This document shows, one piece after another, positions 47,601 to 59,650 of a stretch of 64,000 nt of DNA (position 1 is the first letter of the stretch; each line of letters starts with the position of its first letter). The position numbers were made by a program, and so were the translations under genes. The notes under the pieces were generated by a model, which was not told the origin of the DNA, ran no database searches, and saw only the letters and a list, made by a program, of their open reading frames with translations. The stretch is from Malacoraja senta (lineage: Eukaryota), in assembly GCA_038087875.1 (NCBI GenBank), contig CM075991.1, positions 11,472,001-11,536,000 on the forward strand, in the 5' to 3' direction.

Positions 47601-49648
47601 TCCTTATTCTTAAACCGTGGCCCCTGGTTCTGGACTCCCCCAACATCGGGAACATGTTTCCTGCCTCTGGCTTGTCCAAACCCTTAACAGTCTTATATGT
47701 TTCAATGAGAAACCCTCTCATCCTTCTAACGAAACTCTTCTTCAGACTAATTATCTATAGAGCGAAGGAAATAGGCAACGTTTCGGGCCGAAACCCTCGG
47801 GTTTCGGCCCGAAACGTTGCCTATTTCCTTCGCTCCATAGATGCTGCCTCACCCACTGAGTTTCTCCAGCATTTTTGTCTACCTAGGCAACTTTCACTTC
47901 ATTCAAGGGAGATAACGATGAATGTGTAGGAAGGAACTGCAGATGCTGGTTTACACCGAAGATAGACACAAAAAGCTGGAGTAACTCAGCGGGACAGGCA
48001 GCATCTGTGGAGAGAAGGAATGGGTGACGTTTCGGGTCGAGAGTTATGTCCAACTGGTGTTAGCTCAGTAACACCCATTTCACAACCCTACACAGCAAAG
48101 ATCCCGTAGCAAGGACGCTATAGGATCTTTGCAACACAGAGTGAGAAACCGCTGACGTTAATCAAAATATCCCTGAAAGCAGCCCTTAGTTTATTCAGTC
48201 TGAAGAAGGGTTGCCTATTTCCTTCGCTCCATAGATGCTGCCACACGCGCTGAGTTTCTCCAGCATTTTTGTCTGAAGAAGGGTTTCGGCCCGAAACGTT
48301 GCCTATTTCCTTCGCTCCCTAGATTGAAGATTCAAGTGAGTTCATTGTCATGTGTCCCTGATAGGACAATGAAATTCTTGCTTTGCTTCAGCACACAGAA
48401 CATAGTAGGCATTGACTGCAAAACACATCAGTGTGTCCATTTACCATATACCATATACCACTGCCATCATAGATGCTGCCGCACCCGCTGAGTTTCTCCA
48501 GCATTTTTGTCCACTTTAGTTTATTCCTTGGTACACAAAAATGCTGGAGAAACTCAGCGGGTGCAGCAGCATCTATGGAGCAAAGGAAATAGGCAACGTT
48601 TCGGGCCGAAACCCTTCTTCAGTTTATTCCTTGATGGTTTGAAGACAAAGCTCCCCCCACCCCCCCCCCCCCCCCGGCCCACTTTACCGTGCCCCAGTCT
48701 CTCGAGCTAGTCGAAAGTAATTGTCAGGATTCACTTTGATTTTTTTTATTCTTTACCTTCTGTAAAGGTCACCTCTCTATTCATGGGTGAGAGCATTTCT
48801 TCAAAGCTCCCTGGTCCCAAATGGTTAATAGTTCCCTGTTAACTCCCATAATCTGCCCCTGATTGTTGCCCACACCGGTACCTGGATACATTGTCCGGCC
48901 GGCCGCAGACTAGCCAAGAGTTTTGTGCTTTCACACATCAAAGCCCCGTGGAGCTCCGTGTGAGGGTTGGGATCAGAGAGGAGGGGGGGGGGTGGGCGGG
49001 GGGGTGGGGTGGGGGGGGGGGGTGAAGAAAGTGTCTGCGAAGGTTGTAATCATTGCTCTCACAATCAGAAGGTTAATTAGAAATTCTGTGTTTACTGTGA
49101 ATGTGCAGGTCCCAGCGTGGGGTCTCTGCCAGATACCTGTGGGAAAGGTAACACCTCTAAATTCAATCACTCCTGGCCATGAATGGTGACTGCCCATTCT
49201 CCTCACACAATTGCATCCCTTTTATGCCTCTCCACTTGTCATTTGGCCCTGACAAGGTGTAAAGTGCCATTTGCCCGAGCGTTTGAAGGCTCCCCCCCCC
49301 CCCTCCCTGCTTTCTCCCTCGCCTCAATTGAACCAAGGTGTCACCATCCATTAAATTGGGGATTTCCAGGGATTAAAAAGCAAATTGTTTCTTTTTTTTT
49401 TGAGCTGGGACGGGATAAATGTTTCCTTTGCTGAATAAGCTCCATTATTTACGGAGCCCAAGGTAGGCCTCAGCTGCCCAAATCAAGTTTGCCAATACAT
49501 GGCCAGGTCTGTTCCGCTGTTAAACCTTGTTATTGGGAACTGCAGAGGAAGAAACAAAAAAGTTCTAGAAGATTCCGCCTCCAATGAGGGTGGGCAGGAA
49601 ATCATTTGACTTCAAGGGCTTCATTTGTCTAAGAGGCTGAGATAGTTA

Positions 49649-49832
49649 AGGGTCTGTCCCACTTGGCAATTTTTTCGGCGACAGCCGGCATCATTAACTG
49701 ACATATCACGGCAACGAAAAATTCGTGGCGTGATGACGTATTGCCGAGCGGTGTTTTTTCAAGTGTCGCAACATTTTTTCTGTGGGCGACACTGATATGA
49801 CGGCGAAAAATTCGCCAAGTGGGACAGGCCCT
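49649..49832. mobile_element. PIF/Harbinger-like MITE
   Basis: TIRs AGGGTCTGTCCCACTTGGC...GCCAAGTGGGACAGGCCCT with TTA target-site duplication. Confidence 0.72.
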
Positions 49833-50826
49833 TTACTGAATTTAAGCTGGTCAAGAGAGGCCATTTGGTTCCACTGTAGATAGACACAAAATGCTGGAGT
49901 AACTCAGCAGGACAGGCAGCATCTCTGGAGAGAAGGAACGGGTGACGTCTCTGAAAGAGGGTCTCGACCCGAAACACCACCCGTTCCTTCTCTCCAGAGA
50001 TGCTGCCTGTCCCGCTGAGTTACTCCAGCATTTTGTGTCGACCTTCGGTTCAAACCGGCGACTGCAGCTCCTTCCTGCACAGACTCCACTGGTTGTTGAG
50101 TTAGTTATTGTAAAGCAGCAGCTTCAAGCTTAAAAGAGGTTGTTGGAGTTAATAATGCCAAGCTGAAACTGCAATGGAAGTAGAATCAAGAGTAAGCTTC
50201 AAGCAGAAAGAGCAGAAATGTTTGTAAGAAAATTGATAAAACACTAGGGGGAAAAGGCAAGGTGAAAGACATGCGATTGTGAACACAGCGATTAAATAAA
50301 TATTGGTTCAATCCTCCTGGATATTGTCCTGCTCAGCGTCTGATACATTCTAGTGCATCCCTTTATCGACCCAATGTGTTCCTCTGCATCTCTTGTCTAT
50401 ATAATATATATATCAGGCAGATACAGGAGTGTGAAAACGCACACCTCCAGATTCAGGGACAGTTTCTTCCCAGCTGTTATCAGGCAACTGAACCATCCTA
50501 CTACAACCAGAGAGCGGTCCTGAACTACCATCTACCTCATTGGTGACCCTCAGACTATCCTTGATCAGACTTTGCTGGCTTTACCTTGCATTAAACGTTA
50601 TTCCCTTATCATGTATCTATACACTGTAAATTATAGATTTATTATAGACAATTATAATCATGTATTGTCTTTCCACTGACTGGATAGCATGCAACAAAAG
50701 CTTTTCACTGTACCTCGGTACAGGTGACAATAAACTGATATATATATATAAGATAAATACAAAGTACTGGAGTAACTCAGCGGGACAGGCAGCATCTCTG
50801 GAGAGAAGGAATGGGTGACGTTTCAG

Positions 50827-51026
50827 NNNNNNNNNNNNNNNNNNNNNNNNNNNNNNNNNNNNNNNNNNNNNNNNNNNNNNNNNNNNNNNNNNNNNNNNNN
50901 NNNNNNNNNNNNNNNNNNNNNNNNNNNNNNNNNNNNNNNNNNNNNNNNNNNNNNNNNNNNNNNNNNNNNNNNNNNNNNNNNNNNNNNNNNNNNNNNNNNN
51001 NNNNNNNNNNNNNNNNNNNNNNNNNN
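50827..51026. other. Assembly gap (200 N)
   Basis: Run of N; both sides carry the same Penelope-terminus sequence. Confidence 0.95.
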
Positions 51027-51236
51027 AACTCAGCGGGACAGGCAGCATCTCTGGAGAGAAGGAATGGGTGGCGTTTCAGGTCGAGACCCTTCTTCACTCT
51101 TCAGAACTTCAGATGCTGGTTTAAACCCCAAAGATAAAACAAAGTTAGGTTTGAAGAAAGTTCATCACCTGAGACATCACCCATTAAATGCAATAGACAA
51201 TAGACAATAGGTGCAGGAGTAGGCCATTCGGCCCTT

Positions 51237-51717
51237 CCACACATTCATCTCCTCCCGCCTAGATTACTGCAACTCCCTTTACACTGGCATCAGCCAATCT
51301 TCCCTGTCCCGCCTGCAACTGGTCCAAAACGCCGCAGCGAGACTCCTGACGGGCACCCGAAAAAGGGACCACATCACCCCGATCCTGGCCTCTCTCCACT
51401 GACTCCCTGTGCGGTGCCGTATAAACTTCAAGATCCTCCTCCATGTCTACAAAGCCCTCAATGGGCTTGCCCCCACCTACATAAAAAGTCATCTCACCCA
51501 CCACTCCACCTCCAGGCCCCTCAGATCGGCCGACTTGGGGTTGCTGAATATCCCACGGTCTAGGCATAAGCTCAGGGGCGACCGCGCCTTTGTGGTTGCA
51601 GCTCCTAGACTGTGGAACAGCACCCCCTTCCCATCAGAACTGTCCCCTCCATCGACTCCTTTAAGTCAAGACTAAAGTTGTTTTTAAATGTGCTATATAA
51701 CTAAATGTGACTTGACT
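51237..51717 (+). mobile_element. L2 LINE 3' fragment nested in a CR1 3' UTR
   Basis: RLDYCNSL...LQLVQNAAARLLTG...DHITPILASLH*LPV..RINFKILL...RAFVVAAPRLWNS. It splits the CR1 tail between GGCCCTTC and GAGCCAGC. Confidence 0.85.
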
Positions 51718-53496
51718 TCGAGCCAGCGCCGCCATTCAATGTGATCATGGCTGATCATCCCCTATCAGTACCCCGTTCCTGCCTTCTCCCATATCCCGTG
51801 ACTCCGCTATCTTTAAGAGCCCTATCTAGCTCTCTCTTGAAAGTATCCAGAGAACCTGCCTCCACCGCCCTCTGAGGCAGAGAATTCCACAGACTCACCA
51901 CTCTCTGTGAGAAAAAGTGTTTCCTCGTCTCCAAATGGCTTATTCTTAAACTGTGTGGCCCCTGGTTCTGGACTCCCCCAACATCGGGAACATGTTTCCT
52001 GCCTCTAGTGTGTCCAAGCCCTTAACAATCTTATATGTTTCAATGAGATACCCTCTCATCCTTCTAAACTCCAGAGTGTACAAGCCCAGCCGCTCCATTC
52101 TCTCAGCATATGACAGTCCCGCCATCCGGGAATTAACCTTGTAAACCTACGCTGCACTCCCTCAATAGCAAGATAGTTGGGTAAATGCAAGGTTTTTAGT
52201 TTTGGAAGTACAGCATGGAAACAGGCCCTTCGGCCCACCGAGTCCATGCCGACCATCAGTCCCCTATTCACACTAGTTCTACATTATCCCACTTTCTCAT
52301 CTAGTCCCTACACATTGGGGGGAATTTACAGATGGCCAATTAACCTACAAAACCGCACATCTTTGGGATGTGGGAGGAAACCGGAGCAAACCCGTGTGGT
52401 CACAGGGAGAACGTGCAAACTCCACACAGATAGTACCTTAGGTCAGGATTGAACGCTGGTCTCTGGCACTGCGAGGCTGCGGCTCTACCAGCTGGACGTT
52501 TTCAAGAGAGTTAGATTTAGCTCTTTGGACTAAAGGAATCAAGGGAAATGGGGAGAAAAAGCCAGAACGGGTACTGATTTTAGATGATCAGCCATGAACA
52601 CATCGAATGACGGTGCTGGCTCGAAGGGCCGAATGGCCTACCCCTGCACCTATCGTTCTGTCTCTATGCACCAATGTGCATCCTGTGCATAGTAATGTCA
52701 TGAACAAGCACTGAGACACATTGTCTGTTGTGTCAGGCATGTGTGAGCATTTACCTGGATGAATAACTGATTGCACCCTGATCTTCAACATTGCCGTACA
52801 ATAGAAGTCCCCCTGTTTTAAAACTACTCCCGTTAGATTAGTCTTGTTGCTCGATCTGCTTTCATGTTAATTTGGGTCAGTCGGTTAGTTCAAAGCCTGA
52901 TGTGGCTGCTTGCCTACCATTTGTTGGTCTCCATCATAGACTCAGATAGGAAGAAGGCCATTCGGCCCATTGTGTCCCTGCTGGCTCTTCGAAGAAGCCA
53001 AATTTTTAGTCTGAAGAAGGGTCTCGACCCGAAACGTCACCTATTCCTTCTCTCCAGAGATGCTGTCTGACCCGCTGAGTTACTCCAGCTTTTTGTCTTC
53101 TAATCTGCTATCACTCCCACTCCCCCTACTAACGAGTGCAAGGTGTGTATTCAACTCCTTTTGATTGTTCCCTCTGAACTTGGTTCCATTGTCCTGGCAG
53201 ACTCTATATTCCATGTAATCACAACCCATCAGTGGTATTTACGTTTAGCATTGGCTCACGAATACAAGGTATCACTGCATCAGTCTGAGGAAGGGTTTCG
53301 GCCCGAAACGTTGCCTATTTCCTTCGCTCCATAGATGCTGCCTCACCCGCTGAGTTTCTCCAGCACTTTTGTCTGTCACTGCATTTTGACTCATTTGTTT
53401 AATCAGCCTGCTTTTTCTGTGGCAACTTTTAGTTTATTGAATGTTATTAACAGTTTCAAAAGAGACATACTCCATGTTTAACCCTTCAGTCTGAAG

Positions 53497-53899
53497 CAAA
53501 GATCCTACAGCGAGCAAGATAGACCACTCAACAAAAAAGACCTAGTACGGTCATGGGCAGATTCGCGGGTAATTTTCAGCCCCATTTCCGTAACCGGCTT
53601 CCGTCTCCGCACCAAAGATCCTATAGCGGAGCAAAGATAACTAGTGCGGAGACGGAAGCCGGTTACGGAAACATTCTCGTAAAATTAAAAGTTATTTGGG
53701 AAAAATCTTCTCCTCATTTTGAGAATTTTAATTTATTAACACAAACTGTTCCCCCGCAACGTTGATGACACTGCGAGTCGGGTCGGGTCGGGTTACGGAA
53801 ATGGATGAAAAAAAGGCCCATGTTCCGCTCCGTTGCATACTACACGTCAGCCCATTGCATTTAGCAGGAGTGGTCTATCTTGCTGCTATAGGATCTTTG
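53497..53899. mobile_element. P-element-like MITE, second copy, inserted in a Penelope terminus
   Basis: Same TIRs and interior as 14276-14668, with a perfect 8-bp TSD GTCTGAAG. Confidence 0.75.
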
Positions 53900-56065
53900 G
53901 TCTGAAGAAGGGTCTCGACCCGAAACGTCACCTATTCCTTCTCTCTATAGATGCTGCCTCGCCCGCTGAGTTTCTCCAGCATTTTTGTTTAACCTTCCAT
54001 GTTTAACTGTGCATCTTACTTATTTTGGCTCTGGTTCTGCGGTGGTCAAATTTACAGCGGGCAACTTTGTAACCTTGTTGAACTTCTGTAGCCCATATGA
54101 ATCAGATGCTCCCACAGAGTTACAGAGTGGGGTGTTGCAAGATCGACACAAGATTTGTTTTATTCTTGATCTTAAACCATGTATTGTGCTTTTGCATGTA
54201 ATTTATTGTGCATTTGTATGCAGTTTATTCCATGTAATGTCTAAGAAGGAACTGCAGATGCTGGAAAAATCGAAGGTAGACAAAAATGCTGGAGAAACTC
54301 AGCGGGTGAGCCAACACTTCATGCTGCCTCACCCGCTGAGTTTCTCCAGCATTTTTGTCTACCTATGTAATGTCTTGTCTTTTATCTGGATCTTGAGTCT
54401 GTAATAAAACTCAGCATTGAAGGGCTTGGATGCATTTCCAAATCAACACCGCGTTCTCGAGTGATACAGCATGGAAACAGGCCCTTCGGACCAACTTGCC
54501 CACACCGGCCAACATGTCCCAGCTACACTAGTCCCACCTGCCCGCGTTTGGCCCATATCCCTCCAAACCTGTCCTATCCATGTACCTGTCTAACTGTTTC
54601 TTAAACGTTGGGATAGTCCCAGCCTCAACTACCTCCTCTGGCACAAAAAGCTTGAGGAACTCAGCGGGACAGGCAGCATCTCTGGAGGGAAGGAATGGGT
54701 GACCCTTCAAGGGTCTCGACCCAAAACGTCACCCATTTCTTCTCTCCAGAGATGCTGCCTGTCCCGCTGAGTTACTCCAGCTTTTTGTGTCTATCTTCGG
54801 TTTAAACCAGCATCTGCAGTTCCCTTCTGACATACCTCCTCTGGCAGCTTGTTCCATACACCCACCACCCTTTGTGTGGAAAGGATACTTGGATTACTTG
54901 CAGGAGAACTTGTAGATAGATGGTTGTGGTCCTATGCACCGGCTGGTTTTATTTAAGCTGACGATGTACCTCTGATAATGCACCACTTCTGTCCAAGTCA
55001 CAGTGAATGATGGGACTTCCCTAGAGTGCCACTTGTACCTTGGACTTGACACACCTCTGAGCACCTTTTTGAATTGCGAGCAATCACTAAGGTCGTAAGT
55101 GATAGGAGCAAAATTAGCCCATTCAGCCCATCAAGTCTACTCCACCATTCAATCATGGCTGATCTATCTCTCCCTCCTAACCCCATTCTCCTGCCTTCTC
55201 CCCATAACCCCTGACACCCGTACTGATCAAGAATCTATCTATCTCTGCCTTGAAAATATCCATTGACTTGGCCTCCACAGCCTTCTGTGGCAAAGAATTC
55301 CACAGATTCACAACCCTCTGACTGAAGAAATTCCTCCTCATCTCCTTCCTAATGGAACGTCCTTTAATCCAATGAGTTGGATGATCAGCCATGATCATAT
55401 TGAATGGCGGTGCAGGCTCGAAGGGCCGAATGGCCTACTCCTGCAGCTATTGTCTATGTTTCTATGTCTTTTAATGCTGAGGCTTTGACCTCTAGTCCTA
55501 GACTCTCCCACTAGTGGAAACATCCTCTCCACATCCATTCTATCCAAACCTTTCACCAGTTGTACTTTGCCCAGCATACCATACTGTATACAGAAATATT
55601 TAAATGATTGTGGACCCATCCGAGATAACCCGTGAGTGTGCGAGAGAGACTGTGTGAAAATTATGTTTAAGAAAGAACTGCAGATGCTGGAAAAATCAAA
55701 GGTAGACAAAAAGGCTGGAGAAACTCAGTGGGTGAGGCAGCATCTATGGAGCGAAGGAAAGTGCCTCGACCCAAAATGTCAACCATATCTTCTGTCCAGA
55801 GATGTTGCCTGTCCCGCTGAGTTACTCCAGCTTTTTGCGTCCACCTTCGGTTTAAACCAGCATCTGCAGTCTGAAGAAGGGTCTCGACCCGAAACGTCAC
55901 CTATTCCTTCGCTCCATAGATGCTGCCTCACCCGCTGAGTTTCTCCAGCATTTTTGTCTACCGTGGAAATATATAATCGGGGTGCATCTTGCAAACATTC
56001 TAAGCATGAATTTACACAATGGCGCAGTCTTTGACGTGTACAACCTGGAACATATTGAACAGCCG

Positions 56066-56071
56066 TTTATT
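56066..56071 (-). terminator. Candidate FGF17 poly(A) signal AATAAA
   Basis: AATAAA on - about 150 nt after the stop codon, following an AU-rich 3' UTR. Confidence 0.45.
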
Positions 56072-56220
56072 TTTACAACTTTGCTTCATTTTTTTTTTTT
56101 TTGCAATTCACTTTTTAATTATTTTTTTTTAAAAACCTGCTTCTGTCCCCACTGCCTACCCATTAAAATGAAGTATAAAAAAATAAAACATCTTATTTAA
56201 AAAATATTGCGAGTCCGAGT

Positions 56221-56514
56221 CTAGGTCCGGTGACGCTTCGGAAGTCGTGTCCTCCGGGACCTTTTGGTGACGGGGTAATTTATAAACTCAAAGTGCCTTT
56301 GCCGGTCGCGGTTGGGGAAGAGCGGCTCCCCTTTGAACAGTCTTTTCATGAAGTGGACTTCTCTCTGGTTCTGCCTGGTCTTGGCTGCTTTCCGGGGTTG
56401 CCCTTTCCTGGTGAAGGCCATGTACCACCCTTCATACTTGGTGTTCCTCAGTGCTGTGTAGTTATTTTCCAGCAATATTTCCGTGAAAATGCAGTCCTTG
56501 CCCTTGCCGACCAG
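56221..56514 (-). CDS. FGF17: FGF17 terminal coding exon
   Basis: Acceptor tttttgcag|CTG. Translates [42 protein letters not shown]...[16 protein letters not shown]...FEFINYP...*, with stop TAG at 56223-56221. Confidence 0.92.
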   Translation of the reverse strand: MVGKGKDCIFTEILLENNYTALRNTKYEGWYMAFTRKGQPRKAAKTRQNQREVHFMKRLFKGEPLFPNRDRQRHFEFINYPVTKRSRRTRLPKRHRT

Positions 56515-57241
56515 CTGCAAAAATAATGAAACAGGGCGGTCAATAAATGAAGAGGAGCCTCGACCACATTGCTCACATTGAATGGCGGTGCTGGCTCGAA
56601 GGGCCGAATGGCCTACTCCTGCACCTATTGTCTATTGACCTCGAAACGTCACACCCATACTTTCTCTCCAGAGATACTGCCTGTCCCGCTGAATTATAGA
56701 CAATAGACAATAGACAATAGGTGCAGGAGTAGGCCATTTGGCCCTTCAGGCCAGCACCGTCATTCAATGTGATCATGGCTGATCATCCCCAATCAGTACC
56801 CCGTTCCTGCCTTCTCCCCATATCCCCTGACTCCGCTATTTTTAAGAGGACTCCAGCTTTTTGTGTCTACGGTTTAAACCAGCATCTGCAGTTCCTTGCT
56901 ACACAATATCCTGCAACTCGTTTTCCCAAATTCTAAAGTGTAAACAGCAGGCATTCCACATCCTTGGGATGAGCTACATTGCAACGCAAACAGCAATGCT
57001 TGGAATGACACAAAATGCTGGAGTAACTCAGCGGGTCAGACAGCATCTTGGGAGGAAAGGAATAGGTGACATTTCGGGTCGAGACCCTTCTTCAGACCCA
57101 CAAGATCACCTATTCCTTCTCCCCAGAGATCCAGTCTGACCCGTTGAATTACTCCAGCTTTTTGCGTCTATCTTCGGTTTAAACCAGCATCTGCAGTTCC
57201 CTCCTAGGCAATGCTCGGAAATGCTGGTTCACCCTTGCTTA

Positions 57242-57576
57242 TGGCCCTGTCCCACGGTACGAGTTCATTCCAAGAGTTCTCCCGCGTTTGCCCTGATTCG
57301 AACTTGGAGATTTACGGTAATGGCCACTCGTCGGCACTCGGGGCTCTCGTGGACATTTTTCAACATGTTGAAAAATCTTCACGAGTCTTCCCGAGCTTAC
57401 CTGCCGTTAGCGAGTCTTCCCGAGTACCTGCCGTTAGCGTTACGAGCCGCTAAGAGACGTCCCCGAGCTCCTACGTACCCGCTACGTTCATTCTCCGTGC
57501 TTACCACGAGTTTGATTTTTTTAAAACTCGGGAGAGCTCTTGGAATGAACTCGTACTGTGGGACATCACAGGGCCA
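57242..57576. mobile_element. PIF/Harbinger-like MITE in the last FGF17 intron
   Basis: TIRs TGGCCCTGTCCCACGGTACGAGTTCATTCCAAGAG...CTCTTGGAATGAACTCGTACTGTGGGACA(tcac)AGGGCCA with TTA TSD. Confidence 0.7.
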
Positions 57577-58256
57577 TTAGTTTTTCCATCGGGCTCCAGA
57601 ATTAAATGATCATTACCACCATTGTTGAGTTCCCCACCATCAACATCCAGGGCAACAACTCCCTGGACTTGATTCCACCCTGATCTGCTCCACTAGGGTG
57701 ACACTTTTTTTATTTTTTGCCAAAATTGATTCATGTTCACAACTAAAGTATATCATAGTGACTGGAGTCATAGAGTGACAGAGTGGAAACAGGCCCTTCG
57801 GCCCAACTTGCCCACTCTGGCCAACAATGTCCCAGCTACACTTGTCCCAACTGCCCGCGTTTGGCCCAAACCTGTCCTATCCTATCCATGCACCCGGACA
57901 AAAAATGCTGGAGAAACTCATCCAAAATCAGTACCCCGTTCCTGCTTTCTCCCCATATCCCTTGATTCCGTTAGCCCTAAGAGCTACTGTATATCTAACT
58001 CTCTCTTGAAAACATCCAGTGAATCGGCCTCCACTGCCTTCTGTGGCAGAGAATTCCACAGATTCACAACTCTCTGGGTGAAGAAGTCTTTCCTCATCTC
58101 AGTCCTTATTTATAGTGAAGTGAGTGTTGCTACGTCAATGTCCAGGCTACTGGAGCTGGTATTGCAGGGAGCTGGTGGTGGTAATTTCTTCTGTGGGCCT
58201 CTGCCACTTCCAGACGCTAGCGATCGTCACACCTCAGCTTCACCGCTCACACTTAC

Positions 58257-58363
58257 CTTTCCAACAAGCTTCCCTCTCCTGTTCATGCAGATATAATGTC
58301 CCGTCTCCGCGCCCCGAATCCGCACTCGACTGTCAAACGTATCCGTTTCCACCAGCAGTTTGG
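58257..58363 (-). CDS. FGF17: FGF17 coding exon, 107 nt
   Basis: Acceptor cttgcag|CC and donor AAG|gtaagt. Translates (A)[35 protein letters not shown], in frame with both neighbours. Absent from the ORF track. Confidence 0.92.
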
Positions 58364-58994
58364 CTGCAAGGGATAGAACGTTCCAGATAAACTTGTAGCA
58401 AGGGACTGGAGACGCTGGTTTAAACCAAAGAGAGACACAAAAAGCTGGGGCAACTCAGCGGGACAGGCAGCGTCTCTGGAGAGAAGGAACGGGCGAGGTT
58501 TCGGGTCGAGTCTGAAGAAGGGTCTCGACCCGAAAAGGCCACCCATTCCTTCTCTCCAGAGATGCTGCCTGTCCCGCTGAGTTACTCCCCAGCTTTTTGT
58601 GTCTTTCTTCCATTAAACTTGCGGCCAACTCTGGAGAGATCAGGATAGTTGGCAGCGTCGATTGGGAAGCCACATAATGTAGGGAAGGGAGTTGGGTACC
58701 GGAGGTGAGGGGAATGGGGCAATAGAATGCACATCCTCCATGGCCTGTGGGATCCAGGGGTTCCCAGCCAGGTGCTTGCCTCATCTAAATCAAATCAAAT
58801 TAAATCCAAATTCAAGAGGAAGGCCTTCACTGAATTATCCTATCCTATCCACGAGGTCCTGCAGGCAACGCTCAACATTGGAAGCATAAATTTAGAATCA
58901 TAGAGTGATCCATCAATAATCAAATGTGAATGTGAATGTTCTATGAATAAACTCATTGAATATCAGATGTTCGACATCCGAACATCAGGTGGCA

Positions 58995-59299
58995 GGCAAG
59001 GTGGTGCAGTGGTAGAGCTACTGTCTTACAGCGCCAGGGTCGCGGGTTCGATCCCGACTACGGGCGCTGTCTGTACGGAGTTTGTACGTTCTCCCCCGTG
59101 ACCCGCGTGGGTTTTCCCCCGAGATCTTCGGTTTCCTCCCACACTCCCAAAGACGTGCAGTACAGGTTTGTAGGTCAATTGGCCTGGGTTTGTATACTTG
59201 GTATAAGTGTACATTGTCCCTGGTGTGTGTTGGCGTGCGGGGATCGCTGGTCGGCGCGGACTCGGTGGGCCGAAGGGCCTGTTTCCGCGCTGTATCTCT
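58995..59299 (+). mobile_element. tRNA-derived SINE (HE1/V-SINE-like) in an FGF17 intron
   Basis: A and B boxes, V-core, and a CR1-like 3' tail GGGCCGAAGGGCCTGTTTCCGCGCTGTATCT. Confidence 0.85.
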
Positions 59300-59472
59300 G
59301 AGGGTGGCGAGGGGGGATGGGATGGCGAGGTTGGGTTTGTGCGATCTTATGGGATAGACAGAACAAGTGTTGGTACCCAAGGGGTGGGTGATGGTGGTGA
59401 GACCAAGAGAGACTGGGATTGGGATACACGCGCTGTGTCTCTAAAACCACAGCGTTGACCGGCATTCCTCAC

Positions 59473-59650
59473 CATATTTGCTGCCATCTTCAGCGGTCGC
59501 GTTGATTCTCTTGCCGAGGATCTGGACGTGCTTTCCGCTGGTGCGACTGTACAGCTGGTAAACGCGGATGTGTCTTCTGCTCAGCTGGTCGGTGTTCCGG
59601 GCGTGATCTCTGACGTGCTGATTAAAATTAGGAGACGATTGATTCTCCCC
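59473..59650 (-). CDS. FGF17: FGF17 (FGF8 subfamily) coding exon, 178 nt
   Basis: Acceptor aaaag|GGG and donor G|gtgagg. Translates [59 protein letters not shown]. The GENxxSPNFNQ start is FGF17-like. Confidence 0.9.
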
